From: a bacterium
GTDB lineage: Bacteria; SAR324; NAC60-12
Assembly: GCA_965209155.1 (NCBI GenBank)
Contig: OZ242383.1
Location: 96,001-160,000 of the forward strand
DNA length: 64,000 bases
Direction of reading: 5' to 3'
A model generated the notes under the pieces. That model saw only the letters and a program-made list of their open reading frames with translations, did no database searches and was not told the origin of the DNA. Position 1 is the first letter of the stretch; each line of letters starts with the position of its first letter. Positions 41,885 through 50,801 of the stretch are shown in pieces. The position numbers and the translations under genes were made by a program.

Positions 41885-42446
41885 AATTATCACCACCGGC
41901 AGAGCCGGTGGCTTGAAGAGGCCCCCAGTATGAGGGCAAAACGTGTTCGTCATCGTAAGACGTGCTCGTGCTCGTGAACGAAAAAGGCTGCCATGTTAGA
42001 TCATGAAAAACTCGATGTATACCAATGTTCCATCGAATTTTTAGCGTTATCTGTCCAAGTCATCGAAACATTGCCAAAAGGATACTCAGCCTTAGTTGAC
42101 CAACTGAAAAGGGCCTCATGGTCGATTCCTCTCAATATCGCAGAAGGCTGTGGAAAAAATTCCTTTGCTGACAAGCAACGATTCTATGCATTTGCCCGAG
42201 GTTCCGCAATGGAATGCGCTGCTATTCTCGATGTTTTAAACGTGTTGAAGATCATCCAGCCTCCTTTATTTGACGAAGGGAAACAGTTACTTCATCGCAT
42301 TGTTTCTATGTTAACCAAAATGTGCCGTCGAATTCACTGACCGTTCACGAGCACGAGCACGGCTCACGGACACGGATACGTTTCTCATGTCTGACCGGCA
42401 AAGCCTATTAGGTTCGCACCAGCAGAGCTGGTGGTTTAATGAGATT
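41885..42446 (+). mobile_element. IVP element copy 5 (full length)
   Basis: 562 bp; terminal AGTC changed to AATT. Confidence 0.9.
41993..42340 (+). CDS. Four helix bundle protein (23S rRNA-IVP / TIGR02436-like)
   Basis: EKLDVYQ, DQLKRAS.SIPLNIAEG, ARGSAMEC. Confidence 0.9.
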   Translation: MLDHEKLDVYQCSIEFLALSVQVIETLPKGYSALVDQLKRASWSIPLNIAEGCGKNSFADKQRFYAFARGSAMECAAILDVLNVLKIIQPPLFDEGKQLLHRIVSMLTKMCRRIH

Positions 42447-42622
42447 AATTATCATACTTTTTCCAAAAGGTTGAGAGCAATTTTTCAGGAGATAATCAGG
42501 CCGGGCAGTGGAGTATCGTAAATCAACCAGCCTTCCCATGGGAACCTTGCTCACAATAAGGCGACTTACATGAAGAGGAAGCGTTCTCTACGTTTTCAAA
42601 AAAATTTTTTCTTCACCAATTC

Positions 42623-43984
42623 ATGGAGCAAAAGACTATGCGCAAAAAAAGAACGGATTTGGATCAGTTCATGGCAGGTCTGAAAAAGAGAAATCCGGGT
42701 GAGTCCGAGTTTCACCAGGCAGTTTTCGAAGTGGCGGAGACGTTGATTCCCTACATCAACCAGAATCCCCGGTATCTCGAGTCAAGGATTTTCGAGCGCA
42801 TGACCGAGCCCGACCGTATCGTCATATTTCGCGTATGTTGGGAAGACGATAAAGGAAATATCAGGGTCAATCGTGGTTACCGGGTGCAGTTCAACAATGC
42901 GATTGGTCCCTACAAAGGGGGGTTGCGATTCCATCCATCGGTAAATCTCAGCATTCTCAAATTTCTGGGATTTGAACAAACCTTCAAAAACAGTTTGACG
43001 TCATTGCCGATGGGCGCGGCGAAAGGGGGTGCCAATTTCAACCCAAAAGGTAAATCGAACCGGGAAATCATGCGCTTTTGTCAGGCATTCATTACGGAAT
43101 TGGCACTGCATATCGGAGAAAACATTGATGTTCCTGCAGGGGATATCGGGGTTGGCACGCAGGAAATCAGTTATATGTTCGGGCAATACAAACGCTTGAC
43201 TCACGAATTCACCGGTACTTTAACCGGAAAGGCGTTGGAATTCGGGGGCAGTTTGATTCGCAAAGAAGCCACCGGTTATGGGGCAGCCTATTTTATGGAG
43301 GAAATGTTGAAGCGCCGGGGAAACGCCATTGAAGGCAAGCAAGTGGTAATTTCCGGTTCGGGAAACGTCGCGCAATACGCGGCAGAAAAAGTCGGTCAAT
43401 TGGGAGGTAAAGTAATCGCACTGTCTGACAGCAGTGGCTATATACACGATCCGCAGGGACTGAATCCCGAAAAGATAGCCTATTTGATCCATTTGAAATC
43501 CATCAAACGAGGTCGAATTCGGGAATTCGCCGAGCAGTTCGGATGTGAATTCGTTGCAGGAAAACGTCCTTGGGAAATTCCGTGTGACCTGGCGTTTCCC
43601 TGCGCAACTCAAAATGAGCTGGAGGCGGTGGATGCTCGCAGGCTGGCGGCCAATGGCTGTCTCGCTATTGCGGAAGGGGCGAACATGCCGGTTACTCCAC
43701 AGGCGACTGAGATATTGCACGATGCCAATATCCTTTTTGCCCCAGGTAAAGCTTCCAATGCCGGCGGGGTGGCAATTTCGGGTTTGGAAATGACCCAAAA
43801 CAGTATTCGGATGTCTTGGGAACGAGAAGAATTGGAAAGCCGTCTGAAAGACATCATGCGTCAAATCCACGAAAAATGCGTGGATTTTGGTAGTGACGGG
43901 GATCACGTCAATTACGTCAAGGGTGCCAACCTGGCAGGTTTTGTCAAAGTAGCGGATGCCATGCTGGCTTATGGAGTGATTTAG
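42623..43984 (+). CDS. gdhA: NADP-specific glutamate dehydrogenase
   Basis: GPYKGGLRFH, DVPAGDIG, EATGYG, SGSGNV, EGANMP. Confidence 0.95.
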   Translation: MEQKTMRKKRTDLDQFMAGLKKRNPGESEFHQAVFEVAETLIPYINQNPRYLESRIFERMTEPDRIVIFRVCWEDDKGNIRVNRGYRVQFNNAIGPYKGGLRFHPSVNLSILKFLGFEQTFKNSLTSLPMGAAKGGANFNPKGKSNREIMRFCQAFITELALHIGENIDVPAGDIGVGTQEISYMFGQYKRLTHEFTGTLTGKALEFGGSLIRKEATGYGAAYFMEEMLKRRGNAIEGKQVVISGSGNVAQYAAEKVGQLGGKVIALSDSSGYIHDPQGLNPEKIAYLIHLKSIKRGRIREFAEQFGCEFVAGKRPWEIPCDLAFPCATQNELEAVDARRLAANGCLAIAEGANMPVTPQATEILHDANILFAPGKASNAGGVAISGLEMTQNSIRMSWEREELESRLKDIMRQIHEKCVDFGSDGDHVNYVKGANLAGFVKVADAMLAYGVI

Positions 43985-44032
43985 TTCGAAAAAACGATAC
44001 CGTGACGGAGTTCGAGGACGAGGCGCAACCTT

Positions 44033-44479
44033 TTATTTTTCTTTTTTGACGGTGAGAACAGGGCAGGGCGCCAGACGAACCACTTTTTCCGCCACGCTGC
44101 CCATCATTAAGTGGGGAACTCCTTTTCTGCCACGAGTACCCATCACGATCATATCCACCTGTTCACTACTGGCATAGTCGATAATTTCCTGAAAAGGAAC
44201 ACCTCGTCGTACCACCTTTTCGACCTCCTTCAACGAGGAGTCGAACTCGAATTCATCCAAAATTTTTCTTGCCTGCACGATAGAGTTGTCGTCGATCTGT
44301 TTCATCATTTCATTCGTAAAATGAGCAGGGCCAATCCAGTCCAGGTACTGATCGTCCGCGACGACTAAAATGGTAACGGAGGCGTGAAAGGCCCTTGCCA
44401 ATGCCGCGGCATAGACCATTGCTTCTTTTGAGGTATCCGATCCGTCTATGGGGACCATGATCTTATTGATCGCTTCCAT
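44033..44479 (-). CDS. Universal stress protein
   Basis: IMVPIDGS, IVMGTRG, MGSVAEKVVRLAPCPVL. Confidence 0.92.
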   Translation of the reverse strand: MEAINKIMVPIDGSDTSKEAMVYAAALARAFHASVTILVVADDQYLDWIGPAHFTNEMMKQIDDNSIVQARKILDEFEFDSSLKEVEKVVRRGVPFQEIIDYASSEQVDMIVMGTRGRKGVPHLMMGSVAEKVVRLAPCPVLTVKKEK

Positions 44480-44568
44480 TGCTCTTCTCCCTTGAATTTC
44501 TTTCATTAAAATTCACCGTATACTCCAGCAGGGCCTATCGTAGCACAATTGACGAGATTTTCTATCCA

Positions 44569-44808
44569 AACCCGAGTTCGAGATAAGCATTTAATCCATT
44601 CAAGATGTTATGGAGTCTTCATATCTCAGAGAAGCCTTGTCATTCCTGCGGAATCAGGAATCCAGATTTAGTCAGTCAGACAGAAATCTGGCTTCCTGCT
44701 CCCCGCTCCCTGCTTTCGCAGGGACAGGTTTAGCGGGGACAAGTTTCGCGCGGATGACCCAGACACCGGGATAGTCCTGTTATTGAAGAGATATGGCGGA
44801 CTCGGGTT
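44569..44808. mobile_element. MITE with inverted ends AACCCGAGTTCG / CGGACTCGGGTT containing REP/dRS3-like palindromes
   Basis: Terminal inverted repeats; body homologous to 52060-52235 plus 52966-52999. Confidence 0.65.
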
Positions 44809-44810
44809 CC

Positions 44811-46172
44811 TTATGTCAAAGCAGGGACGGCGGCTTTGTGGATAGATTGTTTGACCCTCCAATAAGCGAGTAAACCCATAATTACGTTGGCAGAAGCAAT
44901 TCCGGAAAATATACCCGGCACGTCCCACAACCAAGAGCCTAAGAAGGCCAGGGGAACTACTAAAATAAACAATTGAATCGTGATCAATGCCATCGAGTAT
45001 AGTGGCTTTTTCAATGCATTGCAGGTTGCATTGATCAACATGACCATGCCATGAAATCCATAACCGAGTGGAATAATCCAAAAAAATTGCGCTGCAATGG
45101 CAATCACTTTCTCATCGTCTGAAAAAATTCGCGCAAGCGGAATAGCGGCCATAGCCAGAATAAGATAAACCACAGCGCCCCAAATCAAGGAAAATTGCAA
45201 ACTGAATTGAATCCCTCTCAGGACACGGTTCCATTGTCCGGCTCCCCAGTTTTGCCCCACAAAGGGACCCAGTGAAAGGGACATCGCCAATATTCCAATC
45301 ATGGCTAAAAATTCCAGGCGCGTTCCGACCCCATAGGCTGCTACCGCTTCGGGACCAAAATTTGCGACGATCCGGGTGATAACCGCCGTTGAAAGAGGAA
45401 TGAGCGCTTGAGTTCCGGCAGCAGGAAACCCCACATGAAGAATCTGCTTCCAAGAATGTAGGACTGACTTTAACTCGGGAATGGCAACATCCAACATTTT
45501 TTTCCGAATTCCCAAAAACCAAATTGCAGCGAAAAAGGCCATTGAATAGGCAATCACAGTGGCTAAGGCCGCCCCTTGGATCTCCATGCGAGGAAAAGGA
45601 CCGATCCCGAAAATCAGCAAGGGATCCAAAATAGCATTGACCACTCCTATGACAATTATCACCAGGCTGGGTGTTTTGGTGTCTCCTGTGGCGCGCATGG
45701 CATTGTTTCCGACGATGGGGATCATGATAAATCCCACTCCCATGTACCAGGTTCGCATGTATTCATGGATGAGCGGGAGTAACTCCTCCGTCGCTCCCAT
45801 CATCCGAAATATTGGATCAATCGTATTGATGCCCACGCAGACAACAATTAACGCGACAAGTGCCGCCAAGATCATACTGTCGGTGGTGAACCTGCGTACT
45901 TGTCGATGATTGGCCGAACCGATGGCGTGTGAAATGGCAGCGGACGTTCCAACTCCCAATCCAATCATGAAACTCGTCACCACGAAGATAACGGGAAAAG
46001 TAAAACTGATAGCTGCCAGTTCATTCACTCCGAGCTTACCGACAAAAAATGTGTCTACGATGTTGAACAACATCACGGAAACCATTGCGAACATCATGGG
46101 AACGGACAGCTTGATCAAGGTTTCCCCAATGGACCCATCCAGAAGTTGTGATTTTTGAGAGGTGCTTTGCAT
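44811..46172 (-). CDS. MATE family efflux transporter
   Basis: VDTFFVGKLG, RATGDTKTP, LDPLLIFG, AAYG. Confidence 0.92.
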   Translation of the reverse strand: MQSTSQKSQLLDGSIGETLIKLSVPMMFAMVSVMLFNIVDTFFVGKLGVNELAAISFTFPVIFVVTSFMIGLGVGTSAAISHAIGSANHRQVRRFTTDSMILAALVALIVVCVGINTIDPIFRMMGATEELLPLIHEYMRTWYMGVGFIMIPIVGNNAMRATGDTKTPSLVIIVIGVVNAILDPLLIFGIGPFPRMEIQGAALATVIAYSMAFFAAIWFLGIRKKMLDVAIPELKSVLHSWKQILHVGFPAAGTQALIPLSTAVITRIVANFGPEAVAAYGVGTRLEFLAMIGILAMSLSLGPFVGQNWGAGQWNRVLRGIQFSLQFSLIWGAVVYLILAMAAIPLARIFSDDEKVIAIAAQFFWIIPLGYGFHGMVMLINATCNALKKPLYSMALITIQLFILVVPLAFLGSWLWDVPGIFSGIASANVIMGLLAYWRVKQSIHKAAVPALT

Positions 46173-46451
46173 AGCTTTTTCGACGATACTTTCGTGTTTG
46201 AGTTTCAAATGAATTGTTTAAAGGGATACGATGCGCTTTGCTGAACACCAGTAGCAATCAGCTAAAACAAACATTGGTTTTTCAGCAATAGAAATCCCAC
46301 TCAGCAAGATCGTCCATCCTTTATTCGAAGCGACTGCCCAAAATGGTACCCTGGCAGAACACGGCTTCAAAGGAAGCAACGATTTATCTGCTTCACCACG
46401 CTACCTGTGAGATTCCTGTTTAAAGAAAAAAAGAGGTGTGGTGTGAGGAGG

Positions 46452-46678
46452 CTAAAACAATTTGACGAATGCAGTGAATATGGCAATACCGATTATCAGC
46501 ATTCCACCCAGCTGCGTCATCAAACAAAATTCCATATCTTTGAGACGTATCTCCATTCGGGATCTCAATCCTTGACTTCCCGGCGGCCCCGTTCGATTTC
46601 AAGACCTTCCTGTTCTATATCAACGTGAACCTGTTGGATTTCATACTGTGGCCCTCTTTGTTTGGAGATGAATGACAT
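46452..46678 (-). pseudogene. Frameshifted remnant of a DUF1640/CCDC90-like coiled-coil membrane-anchored protein
   Basis: ...GLEIERGRREVKD / MEIRLKDMEFCLMTQLGGMLIIGIAIFTAFVKLF* in two frames. Confidence 0.45.
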
Positions 46679-46750
46679 ATTAGCATGAAAGATTTCCGAA
46701 TACAAACGATTCATGATCGAATTCAAGTGATTTAAATCCCATTTCAGAAC

Positions 46751-47312
46751 AGTCATCACCACCGGCAGAGCCGGTGGCTTGAAGAGGCCCCCAGGATGAG
46801 GGCAAAACGTGTTCGTCATCGTAAGACGTGCTCGTGCTCGTGAACGAAAAAGGCTGCCATGTTAGATCATGAAAAACTCGATGTATACCAATGTTCCATC
46901 GAATTTTTAGCGTTATCTGTCCAAGTCATCGAAACATTGCCAAAAGGATACTCAGCCTTAGTTGACCAACAGAAAAGGGCCTCATGGTCGATTCCTCTCA
47001 ATATCGCAGAAGGCTGTGGAAAAAATTCCTTTGCTGACAAGCAACGATTCTATGCATTTGCCCGAGGTTCCGCAATGGAATGCGCTGCTATTCTCGATGT
47101 TTTAAACGTGTTGAAGATCATCCAGCCTCCTTTATTTGACGAAGGGAAACAGTTACTTCATCGCATTGTTTCTATGTTAACCAAAATGTGCCGTCGAATT
47201 CACTGACCGTTCACGAGCACGAGCACGGCTCACGGACACGGATACGTTTCTCATGTCTGACCGGCAAAGCCTATTAGGTTCGCACCAGCAGAGCTGGTGG
47301 TTTAATGAGATT
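46751..47312 (+). mobile_element. IVP element copy 6 (first of a tandem pair)
   Basis: 562 bp. Confidence 0.92.
46859..47206 (+). CDS. Four helix bundle protein
   Basis: As 41993; L38Q. Confidence 0.88.
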   Translation: MLDHEKLDVYQCSIEFLALSVQVIETLPKGYSALVDQQKRASWSIPLNIAEGCGKNSFADKQRFYAFARGSAMECAAILDVLNVLKIIQPPLFDEGKQLLHRIVSMLTKMCRRIH

Positions 47313-47874
47313 AGTCATCACCACCGGCAGAGCCGGTGGCTTGAAGAGGCCCCCAGTATGAGGGCAAAACGTGTTCGTCATCGTATGACGTGCTCGTGCT
47401 CGTGAACGAAAAAAGCTGCCATGTTAGATCATGAAAAACTCGATGTATACCAATGTTCCATCGAATTTTTAGCGTTATCTGTCCAAGTCATCGAAACATT
47501 GCCAAAAGGATACTCAGCCTTAGTTGACCAACTGAAAAGGGCCTCATGGTCGATTCCTCTCAATATCGCAGAAGGCTGTGGAAAAAATTCCTTTCCTGAC
47601 AAGCAACGATTCTATGCATTTGCCCGAGGTTCCGCAATGGAATGCGCTGCTATTCTCGATGTTTTAAACGTGTTGAAGATCATCCAGCCTCCTTTATTTG
47701 ACGAAGGGAAACAGTTACTTCATCGCATTGTTTCTATGTTAACCAAAATGTGCCGTCGAATTCACTGACCGTTCACGAGCACGAGCACGGCTCACGGACA
47801 CGGATACCTTTCTCATGTCTGACCGGCAAAGCCTATTAGGTTCGCACCAGCAGAGCTGGTGGTTTAATGAGATT
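47313..47874 (+). mobile_element. IVP element copy 7 (abuts copy 6 with no spacer)
   Basis: 562 bp; junction GAGATT|AGTCAT. Confidence 0.92.
47421..47768 (+). CDS. Four helix bundle protein
   Basis: As 41993. Confidence 0.88.
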   Translation: MLDHEKLDVYQCSIEFLALSVQVIETLPKGYSALVDQLKRASWSIPLNIAEGCGKNSFPDKQRFYAFARGSAMECAAILDVLNVLKIIQPPLFDEGKQLLHRIVSMLTKMCRRIH

Positions 47875-47900
47875 AATTAATGGCGCAAATCGCGATCCAT

Positions 47901-48338
47901 TCAGGATTCGGCGAGGGTTTTGTAAAAGTCCTTTTTGGATTTATGCGTTTCCGGATCCAATTTATACTCTTCACTGTGTTTGACCAACAGTTGATGCGCT
48001 TTGAATACCGTGCCCTGCATTTTCCCTTCCACGACCACCCCTTGCCCTTCACGAAACATATCGGGTTTCACCCCCTGGTAAACCACCGGGATGAAGTGTT
48101 TCGAATCTTCTGTGACCCTGAAAGAAAGATGGAGAGTTTCGGCATCCCATTTCACACTACCCGGTTGCACCAGCGCGCCGATGCGAATCACTTTATTTTC
48201 AAAATCGGCGGGAGAGATGAGAATTTCTTTGGGCGTGTGGAAAAACACCGTCATTTCTTGCAAGCCTTGAATGGAAATTGCCGCCAGCGTAGCAAAGACT
48301 ACCAGACCTCCGATTAAAAATTTATAAGTACTTTTCAC
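47901..48338 (-). CDS. ccmE: Cytochrome c maturation protein CcmE
   Basis: IRIGALV, YQGVKPDMFREGQGVVVEG, LVKHSEEY heme-binding motif. Confidence 0.92.
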   Translation of the reverse strand: MKSTYKFLIGGLVVFATLAAISIQGLQEMTVFFHTPKEILISPADFENKVIRIGALVQPGSVKWDAETLHLSFRVTEDSKHFIPVVYQGVKPDMFREGQGVVVEGKMQGTVFKAHQLLVKHSEEYKLDPETHKSKKDFYKTLAES

Positions 48339-48475
48339 GATTTCTTCTCATATTCCAGATTTTCCAAAGCATTGGTATAGCTTTTCAGCCTGCGTCTCGT
48401 AACCCAGACGTAGATGACCAAAACGACCAACCATATTCCATAGGTGGAGAAGACGAATTCCAAATTCATTGGCAT
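48335..48475 (-). CDS. ccmD: Heme exporter protein CcmD (46 aa, below the ORF-track cutoff)
   Basis: MPMNLEFVFSTYGIWLVVLVIYVWVTRRRLKS...; lies between ccmC and ccmE with a GTGA overlap. Confidence 0.75.
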   Translation of the reverse strand: MPMNLEFVFSTYGIWLVVLVIYVWVTRRRLKSYTNALENLEYEKKS

Positions 48476-48477
48476 GG

Positions 48478-49209
48478 TTACAATGCTCCATCACTGTTGA
48501 CCATCCGCTCTTGCAAACGATGATACTGACGTTCCACGTGGAGACGTAAGAAAAGAAGATAGAGATAAAAAATCAACATGGCCCCCATGCTGGCCAGCAG
48601 GGGTAGAAGTAACTCCGAAGGCATGGATGGTTGAGGTTCTCCTGTTGCTCCTACTTTGAGTAAAGTGCTGGGTTGGTGCAGGGTACGCCACCATTCCACT
48701 GATTTGTGAATGATGGGGATATCCAAAAAACCAATTATACCCAAAACCGAAGCAAATCGCGCCTCTTTTTCTCTTTCTTTCGAAAAAGTACGAAGGAGAA
48801 AATATCCGGCGAAAATGAGAAAGAGCAACAGCGTGGTAGTCAGACGGGCGTCCCAAACCCAATAGGTCCCCCATGTGGGCTTACCCCAGATGGCTCCCGT
48901 GACCAGGACAAGCCCGCAGAAAATCAAGCCGATTTCAGCAGAAGACTTGGCCACTTGATCAAAAAACAAATCATGTTTCCATAAATAGGCAATACTGCAG
49001 GCAAATACTATGAAAAAGGCGGTATACGTCACGATGACCGAGGGCACGTGGAGATACATGATCTTTTGTACGAATCCCATTCCCGATTCAATGGGAGTGG
49101 CGAAGAAAATCCATACCCCGCATCCAAGCAGACACAGCAAGGAGAGGGGTTCCAGGATGGTTATAGCGCGGGTCATCCGCGATTTTTCGATTTGTTCTTT
49201 ATCCATCAA
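48478..49209 (-). CDS. ccmC: Cytochrome c maturation protein CcmC
   Basis: YLHVP, WGKPTWGTYWVWDARLT (WWD), WWRTLHQ. Confidence 0.93.
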   Translation of the reverse strand: MMDKEQIEKSRMTRAITILEPLSLLCLLGCGVWIFFATPIESGMGFVQKIMYLHVPSVIVTYTAFFIVFACSIAYLWKHDLFFDQVAKSSAEIGLIFCGLVLVTGAIWGKPTWGTYWVWDARLTTTLLLFLIFAGYFLLRTFSKEREKEARFASVLGIIGFLDIPIIHKSVEWWRTLHQPSTLLKVGATGEPQPSMPSELLLPLLASMGAMLIFYLYLLFLRLHVERQYHRLQERMVNSDGAL

Positions 49210-50632
49210 GATTTTCTTTCAACAATTGGTGGACAATTCGAGGATTGGCCTGTCCTTTAGTGGCTTTCATGATTTGGCCTATAAAAAAACCGAATACTTT
49301 TTGTTTCCCATTCCGGTATTGCTGAACTTGCGCAGGGCTTTGATTGATGGTTTCCAGGACCAGGCGTTCCAAGGCGCTGAAATCCGAAATTTGTTTCAAG
49401 CCTTTGGAGTCTACGATGGTCCGGGGAGATTGAGGATTTTCAAGCATTTCCTCGAAAACGGTCTTGGCGATTTTTCCGCTGATGGAGTTCTCCGAGATCA
49501 TCCCGATCAATTCTGCCAACCGCTGAGGGGAAATACCGATTTCATCGATGCCGGATTTGGTTTCGTTCATCACCCGACCCATTTCCACCATCACCCAACT
49601 GAAGGCCAGTTTGGAATCCGTGTTCTCGGCTACCACCGCTTCATAGAAGTCGGCAATCGCGCGATTGACCACCAGGCGTCTTGCATCCTCATCTCTCAGT
49701 TGATACTTGACTACAAATCGTTTTTGTTTGGCATCTGGCAATTCCGGAAGTTTTTGCGCGATGTGATCGACCCATGCCTGAGAAATATGGACAACAGGTA
49801 AATCAGGATCGGGAAAATAGCGATAATCGTGGGCTTCCTCTTTGTTGCGCATGCTATAAGTCACTTTTTTATCCGCATCCCACTGACGCGTTTCTTGCGT
49901 GATTTCGTGACCATCCAGGACTTCCCCGATTTGCCGCTCGATTTCAAAATCGAGAGCTTGTTGTACAAAACGAAACGAATTGATATTTTTTGTTTCAGTG
50001 CGAGTGCCGAGTTCTTGCTGTCCTTTCAGACGGATGGAAACATTGGCGTCGCAGCGAAGGTTTCCTTTTTCCATATCTCCGTCAGAAATGCGGAGGTAAG
50101 TTACCAGCGAGTGGATTTTTTCCATATACGCTTTTGCTTCCTCCGGAGAACGAATATCGGGTTCGCTGACAATCTCCAGCAAAGGCATTCCCGCACGATT
50201 CAAATCCACGTAACTGTTGGAACCGTTTCCCTCGTGATGGAGCAATTTGCCGGCATCTTCTTCCATGTGAATACGCGTGATGCGAATTCGTTTGAGACTC
50301 CCATTGACTGAGATGTCAAGCCACCCGTTTTCACAAATCGGGCGATCGAATTGTGATATCTGGTAAGCTTTGGGTAAATCCGGGTAAAAATAATTTTTGC
50401 GCGCAAACTGAGAATCGAGTCGAATCGCGCAATGGGTGGCCAATCCCAAGCGCACCGCAAATTCCAGAACACTTTTATTCAATACCGGCAAAACCCCCGG
50501 TAGCCCCAGACAGACCGGACAGGTGTTTTTGTTTGCAAGCGCCCCGTATTCCGTAGAACAACGGCAGAATATTTTGGACTCTGTGGCTAGTTGGACATGA
50601 ATTTCCAAACCAATGACGGGTTCAAATTCCAT
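49199..50632 (-). CDS. gatB: Asp-tRNA(Asn)/Glu-tRNA(Gln) amidotransferase subunit B
   Basis: VIGLEIHVQL, RKNYFYPDLPK, EEDAGK, YRYFPDPDL; start MEFEPVIG. Confidence 0.96.
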   Translation of the reverse strand: MEFEPVIGLEIHVQLATESKIFCRCSTEYGALANKNTCPVCLGLPGVLPVLNKSVLEFAVRLGLATHCAIRLDSQFARKNYFYPDLPKAYQISQFDRPICENGWLDISVNGSLKRIRITRIHMEEDAGKLLHHEGNGSNSYVDLNRAGMPLLEIVSEPDIRSPEEAKAYMEKIHSLVTYLRISDGDMEKGNLRCDANVSIRLKGQQELGTRTETKNINSFRFVQQALDFEIERQIGEVLDGHEITQETRQWDADKKVTYSMRNKEEAHDYRYFPDPDLPVVHISQAWVDHIAQKLPELPDAKQKRFVVKYQLRDEDARRLVVNRAIADFYEAVVAENTDSKLAFSWVMVEMGRVMNETKSGIDEIGISPQRLAELIGMISENSISGKIAKTVFEEMLENPQSPRTIVDSKGLKQISDFSALERLVLETINQSPAQVQQYRNGKQKVFGFFIGQIMKATKGQANPRIVHQLLKENLDG

Positions 50633-50801
50633 GAATGCCTTTTCATGAATTGGCTTTAAAAACTTGTTCCAGGTTGAATATTCAGACAATATCAGTGTTT
50701 GACTGAGAGATTGCGTTCCCTGATTTTACAGGGAACATTCTGGAAAAGAAAGCGTATTGTCGCTTCAGAGTCGTCTGCAATTGCTTTATCTATAAACTTA
50801 A

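Noticed and set aside
41993..42340. Diversity-generating retroelement, because the protein is Avd-like
   Set aside because: No reverse transcriptase or TR/VR pair in the window, and differences between copies are not adenine-specific
41885..42446. 23S rRNA intervening sequence / rRNA gene
   Set aside because: No rRNA sequence flanks any copy
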